A stretch of DNA of 64,000 nt from Pseudomonadota bacterium (GTDB taxonomy: Bacteria > UBA10199 > 2-02-FULL-44-16 > DYJF01): NCBI GenBank assembly GCA_043823065.1, contig JBDRBB010000003.1, forward strand, positions 1-64,000, written 5' to 3'. The notes beneath the pieces are model-generated. The model was given only the letters and a program-made list of their open reading frames with translations, did not search any database and was not told the DNA's origin. Position numbers and translations under genes: made by a program. This document shows, piece after piece, positions 49,052 to 58,811 of the stretch. Positions within the stretch are counted from its first letter, which is position 1. Every line of letters begins with the position of its first letter.

Positions 49052-50724
49052 TTTGAGTTCTTTAACATTTCCTCGGCATGTGCGCGAGTAGTTTTTGTAA
49101 TTTTTGTTCCACCTAACATACGAGCCACCTCATCTGCGCGTTCAACTTCATTAAGTTGTTTAATTAATGTTTCGGTCCTACCATCTTTGACTGTCTTTTC
49201 AACTCTGAAATGAGCTTGGCCAAAAGAAGCTATTTGCGGCAAATGGGTGATACAAATCACTTGCCGCTTGGCTGCCACCTCCATCAACTTTTGTCCCACA
49301 ATTTCAGCAGTAGCGCCACCAATCCCGCTATCTACTTCATCAAAGATAGAAGCCAAACATCCTTGTGTTTTAGCTGCTAAACAACGCTTAATTGCCAACA
49401 TTAAACGCGAAAGTTCTCCACCAGAAGCAATTTTAGCCAAGGGTTTGGCAGCTTCCCCAACATTTGGGGCAATTAAAAACTCTATTCTTTCTGCTCCTGT
49501 TTTATCCCACTTTTCCTCAGCTAACGCTTCAAAATTAATCACAAACTTTAATTTTTTAAAACCCAAGCTGGCTGTTTCTTTTTCAATATCTACTGCAAGA
49601 TTTTTGGCAACTTGCTGGCGCTTGGCACTTAAACTAGCTGCTAGCTTCGCGCGTTCTTGAGAAACCTGCTCTAATAAAATTTCTTTTTCTTTAATTTTTT
49701 CATCCCAGTTTTCAATTTCTAAAATTTCACTTTCAAGTTGCGCCTGTTTTTCTAAGCAAGCCTCAAGACTATTTCCATGTTTCTTTTTCAAATTCTTAAG
49801 CAGATGCAATCTATCGTCAATTTCTTCTAATCGCGCTGGATCTGCTTGCAAACCATTAATATATTTCTTCACCTCTCGACTAACTTCATCTAATTCTGCA
49901 GCAGCCCGACCCAAAGCTTCGAGCCAGGGCTTTATACTTTGATCAATTTCAGCGCATCTTGATAACTGTTGATCAGCTTGGCCCACCAGCTCTACTGCTG
50001 ATCCTTGAGAATCATATAGAGCGCTTTCAACTTCCCGCATTTTAGTTTCTAACTGCACAGCATGTTTCAGCCGACTTTTTTCAACTTCCAAATCTTGATC
50101 TTCTTCAGGAACTAAACCAGCAGCCTTTAATTCCTGAAGCTGGTATTTCATAAAATCCAGGCGCTCGTTTTTATCAGCATCAGCTTTTTGCAAACGCTCC
50201 AGATCATTATACACCACTAGATATTCTTCATGAGCTTGCTGATAATCTTTTAACAAAGATTGCAGACCACCAAATTCATCTAAAATAATCAAATGAGCTT
50301 CTGGATTTAATAAGGTTTGGTGTTCATGTTGGGAGGAAATATCAACCAAGCGTTCAGCTATCTGTCTTAAAACTTGCTGAGTAACAGGCAGGCCATTTAC
50401 CGTTGCCCTACTTTTGCCATCTGCACTTAATTGTCGATGAATAATTAAATCCTCATCTTCCAGATTCAAACCAAAATCTTCTAAATATTCTTTAAGCGCC
50501 TTGTCTGCCACGGGAACAGTAAATACAGCAGAAACACTAGCCTTGGTTTCACCTGTGCGAATTAAATCATTGGAGGCGCGATCACCTAGAATCAAATTAA
50601 TGGCTTGAACTAAAATAGTTTTACCTGCGCCAGTTTCACCAGTGATGATATTTAGACCAGAGTCAAAATTAACGTTCAACTTATTGATAATGGCAAAATT
50701 CTCAATTTGTAAGGATTGTAACAT
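49048..50724 (-). CDS. recN: DNA repair protein RecN
   Basis: ITGETGAGK, ASGGELSR, FDEVDSGIGG, QVICITHLPQ. Confidence 0.96.
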   Translation of the reverse strand: MLQSLQIENFAIINKLNVNFDSGLNIITGETGAGKTILVQAINLILGDRASNDLIRTGETKASVSAVFTVPVADKALKEYLEDFGLNLEDEDLIIHRQLSADGKSRATVNGLPVTQQVLRQIAERLVDISSQHEHQTLLNPEAHLIILDEFGGLQSLLKDYQQAHEEYLVVYNDLERLQKADADKNERLDFMKYQLQELKAAGLVPEEDQDLEVEKSRLKHAVQLETKMREVESALYDSQGSAVELVGQADQQLSRCAEIDQSIKPWLEALGRAAAELDEVSREVKKYINGLQADPARLEEIDDRLHLLKNLKKKHGNSLEACLEKQAQLESEILEIENWDEKIKEKEILLEQVSQERAKLAASLSAKRQQVAKNLAVDIEKETASLGFKKLKFVINFEALAEEKWDKTGAERIEFLIAPNVGEAAKPLAKIASGGELSRLMLAIKRCLAAKTQGCLASIFDEVDSGIGGATAEIVGQKLMEVAAKRQVICITHLPQIASFGQAHFRVEKTVKDGRTETLIKQLNEVERADEVARMLGGTKITKTTRAHAEEMLKNSK

Positions 50725-50825
50725 AGCTGAACCTGTACCATGGCCTATAAACCTTCTTCAAGCAAAAAGATTTATTTCATTAGACTTGCTTCTTTAGCCT
50801 ATTTTGCCTATGTTTCAAGCCAATT

Positions 50826-52121
50826 ATGGGTATTCCTTTAGCAGAAAAAATGCGCCCCCAAACCTTGGCAGAAGTTGCCGGGCAAACTCATCTTTTAGGT
50901 GAAGGCAAACCTTTATCCACTTTAATTAAGGCAGATACAATTCCTTCGATTATCTTTTGGGGCCCGCCTGGAACTGGCAAAACAACTCTGGCCAGAATTA
51001 TTGCCAACCAAACTAAATCCAAGTTTTATCAATTATCCGCAGTTCTCTCTGGCGTAAATGATCTGCGCGAAATTATTAAGCAAGCTCAGTATCAGCATAA
51101 AATACACGATCAACTTAATATTGTCTTTATTGATGAAATTCATCGCTGGAACAAAGCTCAACAAGATGCCCTGCTTCCTCATGTGGAAAACGGAACCATA
51201 AGCATTATTGGCTCTACCACCGAAAATCCCTCTTTTGAAGTAATTGGCCCGCTACTTTCCAGAACCAAAGTTTATTGTTTGGAACCTTTAACTGAAAACG
51301 AACTTAAAGATGTTTTGTTCAGAGCGGTTCAAGATAAAAAAAATGGATTGGGAAATTTAGAGGTTCAAATTGATGATCAGGCGCTTGATTTTATTGTTTC
51401 AACTGCAGATGGAGATGCCAGAAGAGCGTTGAATACTTTGGAGATTGCTGTTGATTTAGCAAGGCAGAAGTCAGGAGACAGGAGTCAGAAGACAATTACA
51501 TTGGAAACCATAGAAGCAGCAGTGCAGAAAAAAAGTCTGCTTTATGACAAAAAAGGTGAAGAACATTATAATGTAATTTCCGCTTTTATTAAAAGCATGC
51601 GCGGCTCAGATCCTGATGCTGCAGTTTATTATTTAGCGCGCATGTTGGAAGCTGGGGAAGATCCTTTGTTTGTTGCCAGGCGCATGGTGATTTTTGCCAG
51701 CGAAGATATTGGCAATGCAGATCCACATGCAGTGCAAGTTGCAATTTCCTGTATGCAAGCCTTTGATTTTGTAGGTATGCCTGAAGGCTGGATTCCTCTA
51801 GCCCAATCTGCAACCTATTTAGCAACCGCGCCTAAAAGCAATGCTTCTTATAGATCTTATAAACTAGCTAAAGCTGATGTGGAAAAGCTGGGCACCCTGT
51901 CCACACCTTTGCATATTCGCAACGCGCCTACTAAATTAATGAAAGATTTAAATTATGGCGCAAACTATAAATACGCGCACGATTATGAGAACCATTTTGT
52001 TCCAGGAGAGGTTTATCTGCCTGATAAACTCAAAGGAAAAAAATATTATCAGCCCAGCGACAATGGTTATGAAAAAATTATTGCCGAACGTTTAAAAAAT
52101 TGGCGCCAGCTTAAGAAGTAA
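50826..52121 (+). CDS. rarA: replication-associated recombination protein A
   Basis: WGPPGTGKTT, DEIHRWNKAQQD, TTENPSF, SAFIKSMRGSD, ASEDIGNAD, YKYAHD. Confidence 0.95.
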   Translation: MGIPLAEKMRPQTLAEVAGQTHLLGEGKPLSTLIKADTIPSIIFWGPPGTGKTTLARIIANQTKSKFYQLSAVLSGVNDLREIIKQAQYQHKIHDQLNIVFIDEIHRWNKAQQDALLPHVENGTISIIGSTTENPSFEVIGPLLSRTKVYCLEPLTENELKDVLFRAVQDKKNGLGNLEVQIDDQALDFIVSTADGDARRALNTLEIAVDLARQKSGDRSQKTITLETIEAAVQKKSLLYDKKGEEHYNVISAFIKSMRGSDPDAAVYYLARMLEAGEDPLFVARRMVIFASEDIGNADPHAVQVAISCMQAFDFVGMPEGWIPLAQSATYLATAPKSNASYRSYKLAKADVEKLGTLSTPLHIRNAPTKLMKDLNYGANYKYAHDYENHFVPGEVYLPDKLKGKKYYQPSDNGYEKIIAERLKNWRQLKK

Positions 52122-53577
52122 TCTTCCAAACATGAATAATCGGCTTTGATTCCAGCTCTGCCCTTGGTTCTACAAGATAAAGATAACCCCGCTCCCGATC
52201 AAAGGCAATAGCGCCAACATGTTCTTTTTCCTGAACGCCAAAACTGCGAAACAAATAATTATCAACAGGCAGAGCAGCATATGGTTGGGGTTCATAAGCA
52301 TGCATTGCACCCTGAGCAACTTTGGCCAAATCAGCTGGATCATAAAAAATAATCTGTCCTTGAAATCTATCTGCCCAAAAACCTTGTTCTGGTCCGCAAG
52401 CTTCCGGGCAAGGTCTTCTGGAAGTGCCGTACCAGTAGTTTCCAAGACCTTTTGTGCCGGCAAAAATTACAGCAGCTTTATCTCCTGCAGTAATCCAGGC
52501 AGCTCCTTGCCAGTCGTCAGCAGCAGAATAATTATTCATTTTATAATCTGTGGGATCTTCTGAATATGTAGAACTATATAGCAGCAAAGTCGTAGCATTT
52601 AATTTTGTATTAGCTGGCGGCAAATTACCATCAGCAGCATCTTTCCAAGGCGCTACAGCAATAATAGTTGGTCCCTGTCCACCTTGCCCACCGTCGCGAA
52701 ATCTGCCTGTGGCTAACTTGCGGCCGTTCACATAAGTGTCAGCCCAAGAGCCGGGAATATCGAACATGTAATCAGTTGTGGAATATGGATCAACATCGCC
52801 AATTTGCCAACTGCCACTTAGATTGGGGTTTGTTAAATTTAGCTCGCTGGCTAGATGAGAATATTGGGGCTGGCTGGCAGAATGAAAGCCATAGCAAAGA
52901 TACAGCTTATCTGTGGTTTGTCTGCCTTGCGCCGGAAGATAGGACATGCCAACATGCACCACGTCATAAATTAGATCAGGATATCTGCTAATGCCGACAT
53001 CTCTAAATCTTTGCAAGGTAGTCGCAACTGGCAAATCATTTATATTTTTTGTAGGCGAAATAACCGGCCTGGGAATATTTATTTCCGTAACATATACTTG
53101 TTGGGCATGGCCAAAACTATACAACGAACCTGGATAACCGTCATTAGTTCCAATGGGATCTCCTTTTGGGTAATAGGTCATACCATGAGCCACCCATCCC
53201 CAATCTCTATCTTCAGGACCTGGCACCCGAAAGGCGCCTAGATACTCCAAATCAGCTGGCTGCAATCTAGATGAAGGCATGGCATCTGGCGTTTCTTCAT
53301 CTCCAGCAAATCCAGTATCATTAGCATCACTACTATCATCCCCTTCTTCACCATTTTCAGAACTTTCGGTTCGACCAACAATACCTTCTTCCTCATCACC
53401 TGGCTCTTCAGGAATTATAACCTCTGTTTCTGGAGTTTCCCCTTGTTGCTGGTCTTGTTCTTGTAGCTGCTCCTGCGCTTGCTCATAATCGGTAATTTGC
53501 GCTAAATCTGAACCAACTTTTTGCTGGCAACCAACAACTAAAATAATCAAGGCAAAAAACAGATGTTTTAGTTTCAT
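52111..53577 (-). CDS. lipoprotein with acidic low-complexity linker and beta-rich (propeller-like) C-terminal domain
   Basis: MKLKHLFFALIILVVGC lipobox after GGAGGA; E/D/Q-rich linker. Confidence 0.78.
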   Translation of the reverse strand: MKLKHLFFALIILVVGCQQKVGSDLAQITDYEQAQEQLQEQDQQQGETPETEVIIPEEPGDEEEGIVGRTESSENGEEGDDSSDANDTGFAGDEETPDAMPSSRLQPADLEYLGAFRVPGPEDRDWGWVAHGMTYYPKGDPIGTNDGYPGSLYSFGHAQQVYVTEINIPRPVISPTKNINDLPVATTLQRFRDVGISRYPDLIYDVVHVGMSYLPAQGRQTTDKLYLCYGFHSASQPQYSHLASELNLTNPNLSGSWQIGDVDPYSTTDYMFDIPGSWADTYVNGRKLATGRFRDGGQGGQGPTIIAVAPWKDAADGNLPPANTKLNATTLLLYSSTYSEDPTDYKMNNYSAADDWQGAAWITAGDKAAVIFAGTKGLGNYWYGTSRRPCPEACGPEQGFWADRFQGQIIFYDPADLAKVAQGAMHAYEPQPYAALPVDNYLFRSFGVQEKEHVGAIAFDRERGYLYLVEPRAELESKPIIHVWKITS

Positions 53578-53594
53578 AATTCCTCCAAACAAAT

Positions 53595-54428
53595 TTATAA
53601 AGACATATATAATGTAATCGCCCCCACTAACCAACAATAAATAGCAAACCAGGAAAATTTATGGCCGCGCATTATGACCAGCATCCAGCGTACACATAAG
53701 TAGCCAACAATAAACGAAGCCAAGGTACCTAAAATAACTGGCCATAAATTCATTTCAGAAAGTAATCTTAAGTTTTTTACTTCCAATATTGCAGCTCCGC
53801 CAATGGCAATAACAGAAAGCAAAAAAGAATATTTGGCAGCCAGCTGATAATCTAGTTTGGTAAAAATACCCATGGCAATGGTGGAACCAGACCTGGAAAT
53901 ACCTGGAATTATCGCTAAAGCTTGGGCCAAACCAACCAGAATCGCCTGCCACCAGCGCATTTGACCTAGATTAACATCGTTTTGTTTTACAAAACGAGTG
54001 GCAAAAAGAATGCAACCAGTTGCAATTAAAGCAATACCTACTGGCAACGTTGTGGTAAACAAATGTTCAAAAAAATCCTTAAAAGAAAAACCAATAACCA
54101 CTGCTGGCAATGTACCCAACAAAATTAGCCAAATAGCCCGCCTGCCGGTTTTGGTGGAAAAACCACCTTCTAAATCAGCCCCAGTTAGTCTGGTGGAAAA
54201 AATACTTCTGAGAATTAAAACCACTTCTTGTCTTAAAGCCAAAAGCACAGCAAACAAAGTGCCAATATGCAAACAAACGTCAAAAGCCACAATTGGCCCT
54301 GCCTCTAAATCAATACCAAACAAATGTTGAAAAATTACTAAATGCGCAGAACTAGAAATTGGCAAAAACTCAGTAGCTCCTTGAATTACTCCTAAAGCAA
54401 TTGCTTTAAGAACACTAATATCTGTCAT
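53595..54428 (-). CDS. uppP: undecaprenyl-diphosphate phosphatase
   Basis: QGATEFLPISSSAH, PGISRSGST. Confidence 0.95.
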   Translation of the reverse strand: MTDISVLKAIALGVIQGATEFLPISSSAHLVIFQHLFGIDLEAGPIVAFDVCLHIGTLFAVLLALRQEVVLILRSIFSTRLTGADLEGGFSTKTGRRAIWLILLGTLPAVVIGFSFKDFFEHLFTTTLPVGIALIATGCILFATRFVKQNDVNLGQMRWWQAILVGLAQALAIIPGISRSGSTIAMGIFTKLDYQLAAKYSFLLSVIAIGGAAILEVKNLRLLSEMNLWPVILGTLASFIVGYLCVRWMLVIMRGHKFSWFAIYCWLVGAITLYMSL

Positions 54429-54438
54429 ACTACCCCCC

Positions 54439-55032
54439 TTATTTTCGCACAAAATAATAAACAACCACGGCCAAAAAAGCCCCACTCACGATATCTACTA
54501 AATAATGTTGTTTGATAAATAATGTAGATAAAGCAATGAGCACTATCCAGGTTGCAAAAAACAGTTTTCTAACCAGGCCACCCTGCTGCGCACAAAATAA
54601 AGCTGCCAAACTAGCCATTGAGATATGCATAGATGGGAAACAGTTAAAAGGCTGATCTACTTTATGCAGCAAATGCACCCAGGAACTTAAAAAACCATTG
54701 CCCACTAAAAAATCCCTGGGATGAGTAACTGGATAGATCAAAAATATTACTGCGGAAATAAAAATAATAAGCAGAGCACCAAAAACCACCCTCTTAAATT
54801 GATCTAAATCACGCACCAGAAAGTAAGGCATGACACCTAACAAATAGGTAGAAAAATAAAAGAAAACAAACCAAGAAACATAAGGAATGTGGCTTTCAAG
54901 CGCGCCGCTCAAAACAGCTGGCTCACGCCCAGCAGTTAAGGCATTTATGGAAAAATAAACCCCGCTCCAAACAACAACCACTAAGATAAAAAGCGCAAAA
55001 CGTTTTAGTTCTTTGACTAAAGTTGGATTCAT
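54439..55032 (-). CDS. PAP2-family membrane phosphatase
   Basis: HPR, NCFPSMH, STLFIKQHYLVD. Confidence 0.85.
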   Translation of the reverse strand: MNPTLVKELKRFALFILVVVVWSGVYFSINALTAGREPAVLSGALESHIPYVSWFVFFYFSTYLLGVMPYFLVRDLDQFKRVVFGALLIIFISAVIFLIYPVTHPRDFLVGNGFLSSWVHLLHKVDQPFNCFPSMHISMASLAALFCAQQGGLVRKLFFATWIVLIALSTLFIKQHYLVDIVSGAFLAVVVYYFVRK

Positions 55033-55061
55033 AAAGATGGGGAACTAGCATAGAAAAAAAC

Positions 55062-56357
55062 TTAATGCAACAAGGGCAAGTTAACATGCTGTCTCTCGGT
55101 TTCGCCAGGCAGTTTTTCTAGACGTCTGAAGGAAACTTTACCTCTGGATCCTTCATGCTGTTTGGGGATTTGCACTCCATTGGCTAGGAAAACTTTGTGT
55201 TTGCCAAAGCGGGCTGCAACTTCATCTACAGCAGCAAACACATTTTTATGCTGCAAAATTTTCTGCGGATCTTCCAGTAAATTAAACTGTAAAGGAGTAT
55301 CATCATCCAAATCTGCCAAAACCACGCCAGTAGCGCGATATCTAGCACCTGGCTGAAAAAGAGTTTCAAACATTTGCAGCAGATGTTTGCTAATTTCTGT
55401 GGGACAAGCAGAAGCACGAAAAAGAGAAAATTCCAATCCATTTGTATTAAAATCTTGTTTTCTTAAAAACAGCATTATTTTTTTAGCCACCTGATTATGT
55501 CGCCTGGCTTTAATGCAAGCTGCTTCTAAATTTCTCAGAGCTCTGGCTAAAACAACTTCTTTTTGAGCAGAAGCAGGAGTAAAGGTTTTAAATTTGGAAA
55601 TAGACATTTGCTTGGTCTTATTTACAGGATTTATTTGATAAACATATTCGCCTCTAAGCTCAGCCCACAATTCTTCCCCTACTTTTCCTAACAAACGTTT
55701 GGCAAAATCTTGGGGCTTGCTCACAAAATCCCAGGCAGTTTGCAAACCATGTTTTTTAAGCAAAGCACAGGTGTTTGGCCCAAAACCCCAAACTTTTTCT
55801 AAGGAAGTGCGCGCTAACAACAAATGTAAATGTTTGCCTGGCACTGCAGTTAAACCAAAAGGTTTTCTAAACTTAGAACAAAGTTTAGCAGTGCTCTTTG
55901 ATAAAGAAATACCAACTGAAACTGTAATATCTAATTCCTGGCGAATTTGATTTTGAATTTTGCGGCCAATTTCTTCATAATTAGTGCGATGCAAACGCCT
56001 GGTGCCAGTTAGATCTAAAAAAGCTTCATCAATAGAATATTCTTCTACTTGCGGAGTAAAGCGCCGCATAATTTCAAACATGCGCTTGGAAAACAAAGAA
56101 TAGGATTCATAATCACTAGGCAGCAAAATACATTGTGGACAAATTCTAGTGACTTCAGAAAGTGGAACCCCGCGTTTAATGCCTTTGGCTTTTGCTTCAT
56201 AAGAAGCAGCAGCTACAATACCGCGTTCTGCGCCAGTGATAACTGGTTTTCCTTTGAATTCTGGATGCAAAGCCTGCTCCACGCTGGCAAAAAACGCATC
56301 AGCATCAATGTGGGCAATGGCGTGGGGCCAATTGCGAATTGTTATCGGGAAATCCAT
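55062..56357 (-). CDS. dinB: Y-family DNA polymerase (DinB/UmuC-like)
   Basis: HIDADAFFASVE, AASYEAK, YSIDEAFLD, KPFGL. Confidence 0.9.
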   Translation of the reverse strand: MDFPITIRNWPHAIAHIDADAFFASVEQALHPEFKGKPVITGAERGIVAAASYEAKAKGIKRGVPLSEVTRICPQCILLPSDYESYSLFSKRMFEIMRRFTPQVEEYSIDEAFLDLTGTRRLHRTNYEEIGRKIQNQIRQELDITVSVGISLSKSTAKLCSKFRKPFGLTAVPGKHLHLLLARTSLEKVWGFGPNTCALLKKHGLQTAWDFVSKPQDFAKRLLGKVGEELWAELRGEYVYQINPVNKTKQMSISKFKTFTPASAQKEVVLARALRNLEAACIKARRHNQVAKKIMLFLRKQDFNTNGLEFSLFRASACPTEISKHLLQMFETLFQPGARYRATGVVLADLDDDTPLQFNLLEDPQKILQHKNVFAAVDEVAARFGKHKVFLANGVQIPKQHEGSRGKVSFRRLEKLPGETERQHVNLPLLH

Positions 56358-56503
56358 AAAACCTCTAAACTCTAAATCCTAATATCTAAACTCTAAATAA
56401 TATCTAATGTTCTAAACTCAAATGTTCCAAACAACCTGTTTTGAATTTTGGTCATTTGAATTTTGAATTTGTTTAGAATTTAGGATTTAGATATTAGAAT
56501 TTT
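56358..56503. repeat. inverted heptamer-repeat element
   Basis: tandem TCTAAAC/TCTAAAT/CCTAATA units facing TTTAGAA/TTTAGGA/ATTAGAA units. Confidence 0.75.
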
Positions 56504-56509
56504 CATAAA

Positions 56510-57091
56510 TTAGTATTTCCTAATAACTGCCTTAATTACCCCCCCAAGCGTTAATTCTCCTCGGGGCTCAATAACAGGATAAGCCGGGTTTGCCGGAACC
56601 AAAGATATCTTCTGACCTTGGCGCTGGAAATATTTCAAGGTCCATTCATGATCTACGCAGGCTAGCACTACATCACCATTTTTAGGGTTTTTGCCCTTCT
56701 CTACAATCACCAAATCTCCTTCATGAATACCAGCATCGCGCATAGAATCACCAGATACCCTAAGCATAAAAGAGGCGGTGGGTTTTTCGATAAGATACTC
56801 ATCCAAAGATAACGTATCTATCAACTCCTCTTCAGCTGGCGAGGGGAAACCAGCCTGGACATAGCCCATTAAAGGTATTCCCATCCGCTCTCCTTTTGGC
56901 TTAAGGCGACCAGCTTCATCTTTTTCTAAATAACCTTGATCAATTAATTTTTGAGCCAGACGAAAGGCTGCGTTTTTGGAATTATAACCAAAAACCCTGG
57001 CCATTTCTGAATAGGTAGGCAGGCGTTTATTCATGCGATAAAACCGCCTGAGAGTATCTAAAGTGTTTTCTGCTATGGATTTAGGTTTCAT
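56510..57091 (-). CDS. lexA: LexA-like repressor with UmuD-like S24 peptidase domain
   Basis: N-terminal wHTH (LPTYSEMA), VQAGFPSPA cleavage site, GDSM and TLK catalytic dyad. Confidence 0.85.
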   Translation of the reverse strand: MKPKSIAENTLDTLRRFYRMNKRLPTYSEMARVFGYNSKNAAFRLAQKLIDQGYLEKDEAGRLKPKGERMGIPLMGYVQAGFPSPAEEELIDTLSLDEYLIEKPTASFMLRVSGDSMRDAGIHEGDLVIVEKGKNPKNGDVVLACVDHEWTLKYFQRQGQKISLVPANPAYPVIEPRGELTLGGVIKAVIRKY

Positions 57092-57139
57092 AGTTCATTG
57101 CTCGCGATGTACGAAGTACGATCGATGCACTACGAAAAT

Positions 57140-57165
57140 AAGTGAACGTCCGTTCACTTGTCAAC
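57140..57165 (-). promoter_or_regulatory. SOS-box-like operator inside the lexA promoter
   Basis: palindrome AAGTGAAC-GTCC-GTTCACTT fills the spacer immediately downstream of a minus-strand TTGACA. Confidence 0.75.
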
Positions 57166-57241
57166 TTTATTTAAAAATATTTTTAATCCTAGGAAATTAT
57201 TAGGAAATAATAGAGTGAATAATTTTAGTCCGTCTTGGGTT

Positions 57242-58393
57242 TTATTGAAAAGTAAGAGGATAGCCGGTTTGATCAACATTTATATAGCGATCACCAGCGC
57301 GAGGCCTCATCTTGAGCGTAACTTTTTTTCTGGTTCCAGCCTGTTTTATCACTACATCAATATCCTGGTCACCATGGTTAGACAGAACATGCTGGAAATA
57401 AGGGTCATCAGCACGGTAGTTAGTTGAATTTGGCACATACCAAAGGCTGTAGGGGACAAACGTCTCAACACCCCTGCCATTAATCTCCAACAACTCATCT
57501 CCAGGCTTTATGCCATTCTCGGCTGCCACAGAACCAGGCTCTACAAAACGGATGTCGCGCCAGTTATCTGGCGCAAAACCAAGGCCTAATCCACCGTACC
57601 GGAAAAGGCGCACAAAGCGTTTTGGGGCCTTAGTGGATTGATCTGGAAATTCCCCTATGAGCTCATTGAACATGACTGGGGCAACAGTGCGAATATCTGA
57701 ATTAAGTCCTTCGGTATCAGCTTCACCCATCCAAATCATTGGAGGTGTTTCCAGCTTTTTGCCCTTTGCAACCAATTTATCGTGGTTCAAGAAATTAAGC
57801 CGAATATTGCTGTAAAAACTGGTAGTAGTATAACCAGGCGTGGTTGTTGAGCTTGTGACCGGAACTGCTGAACTGTATCCAGCTGCGTTCCAGCCCACAA
57901 AACCGGAACTCCAAACATATTTTATCTCTGTGCTGGTAACCGTTGTTGGAGGCGTGTACTGTTCCCTTTTACCAGAGAAGAAATACATGCTGATGGTGAT
58001 TTGAGGATTCTTTCTATCACGTGTCAGCCCGCGCGCCACAAGAACCTTTTCCAATTGATTAAAGAGCTCTTTTTCCAAAAGAGGGTTGGTCTTGTTGGTA
58101 TAGTCAAAGTCAAAGGTCCTGAAGCTGGCTAGAGGTTCTTCCACATCTCTGTAGACCCTGAGATTGATCACCTCCAATGGAAATACAAGGGGAAAACCTT
58201 GAACATCTGGACCGCTGGCATGATTGCCAAGCGTTATCATAATATCAGCTTCGGTCTTAAGTTGTAATGGGGTGTTGGCTGCGGTATTTGCCGTTGTGCT
58301 AGCAGTAGTTTTTGCACAACCAAAGGCCAGACTTAAAGCAAGGGTTGATGACAACAAGAATATTATAACGATCCTCGAACAAGTAATACTCAT
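57242..58393 (-). CDS. lipoprotein with DUF4136-like and PDZ domains
   Basis: lipobox AFGC; GLGLG...VEPGSVAAENGIKPGDELLEING PDZ signature. Confidence 0.75.
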   Translation of the reverse strand: MSITCSRIVIIFLLSSTLALSLAFGCAKTTASTTANTAANTPLQLKTEADIMITLGNHASGPDVQGFPLVFPLEVINLRVYRDVEEPLASFRTFDFDYTNKTNPLLEKELFNQLEKVLVARGLTRDRKNPQITISMYFFSGKREQYTPPTTVTSTEIKYVWSSGFVGWNAAGYSSAVPVTSSTTTPGYTTTSFYSNIRLNFLNHDKLVAKGKKLETPPMIWMGEADTEGLNSDIRTVAPVMFNELIGEFPDQSTKAPKRFVRLFRYGGLGLGFAPDNWRDIRFVEPGSVAAENGIKPGDELLEINGRGVETFVPYSLWYVPNSTNYRADDPYFQHVLSNHGDQDIDVVIKQAGTRKKVTLKMRPRAGDRYINVDQTGYPLTFQ

Positions 58394-58555
58394 ATGCCCT
58401 CCCTTTTTTATAAACAAGAATTTGGGGCAAAATTTAGCAGTTGAATTCAGGAAAGTAAATTATATTCAGCAAAGTATTTACTTGAAATGCTTTTAAATTG
58501 GGGTTAAATATCAATCGCTAAAAAGCCCAACTAAAAATAATGGGCAGGAGGATAT

Positions 58556-58750
58556 ATGGCAGAGAAAAGAAATTCCGGCAAAAAAAATACCGGCACTGGC
58601 TTGAATATTTCTGATCCAAATGTGTATGAAGCCATCAGAAAACGCGCCTATGAGTTATATTGTCAAAGAGGTTCTGCTCATGGTAATGATATGAAAGATT
58701 GGCTGGAAGCTGAAAAACAGATCAGAAGAGAAATGGAAAATAGACGGTAG
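58556..58750 (+). CDS. DUF2934-family small protein
   Basis: IRKRAYELY...G...DWLEAE motif; AGGAGG RBS. Confidence 0.88.
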   Translation: MAEKRNSGKKNTGTGLNISDPNVYEAIRKRAYELYCQRGSAHGNDMKDWLEAEKQIRREMENRR

Positions 58751-58811
58751 TTTTTAAATCTTCCTTGACTCTGCCCGCAAAATCATCTATTACGCGCCAA
58801 AACCGTAAAAG

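Noticed and set aside
56358..56503. CRISPR array
   Set aside because: Degenerate 7-mers without unique spacers; no cas genes or repeat-spacer arrays seen anywhere in the window.
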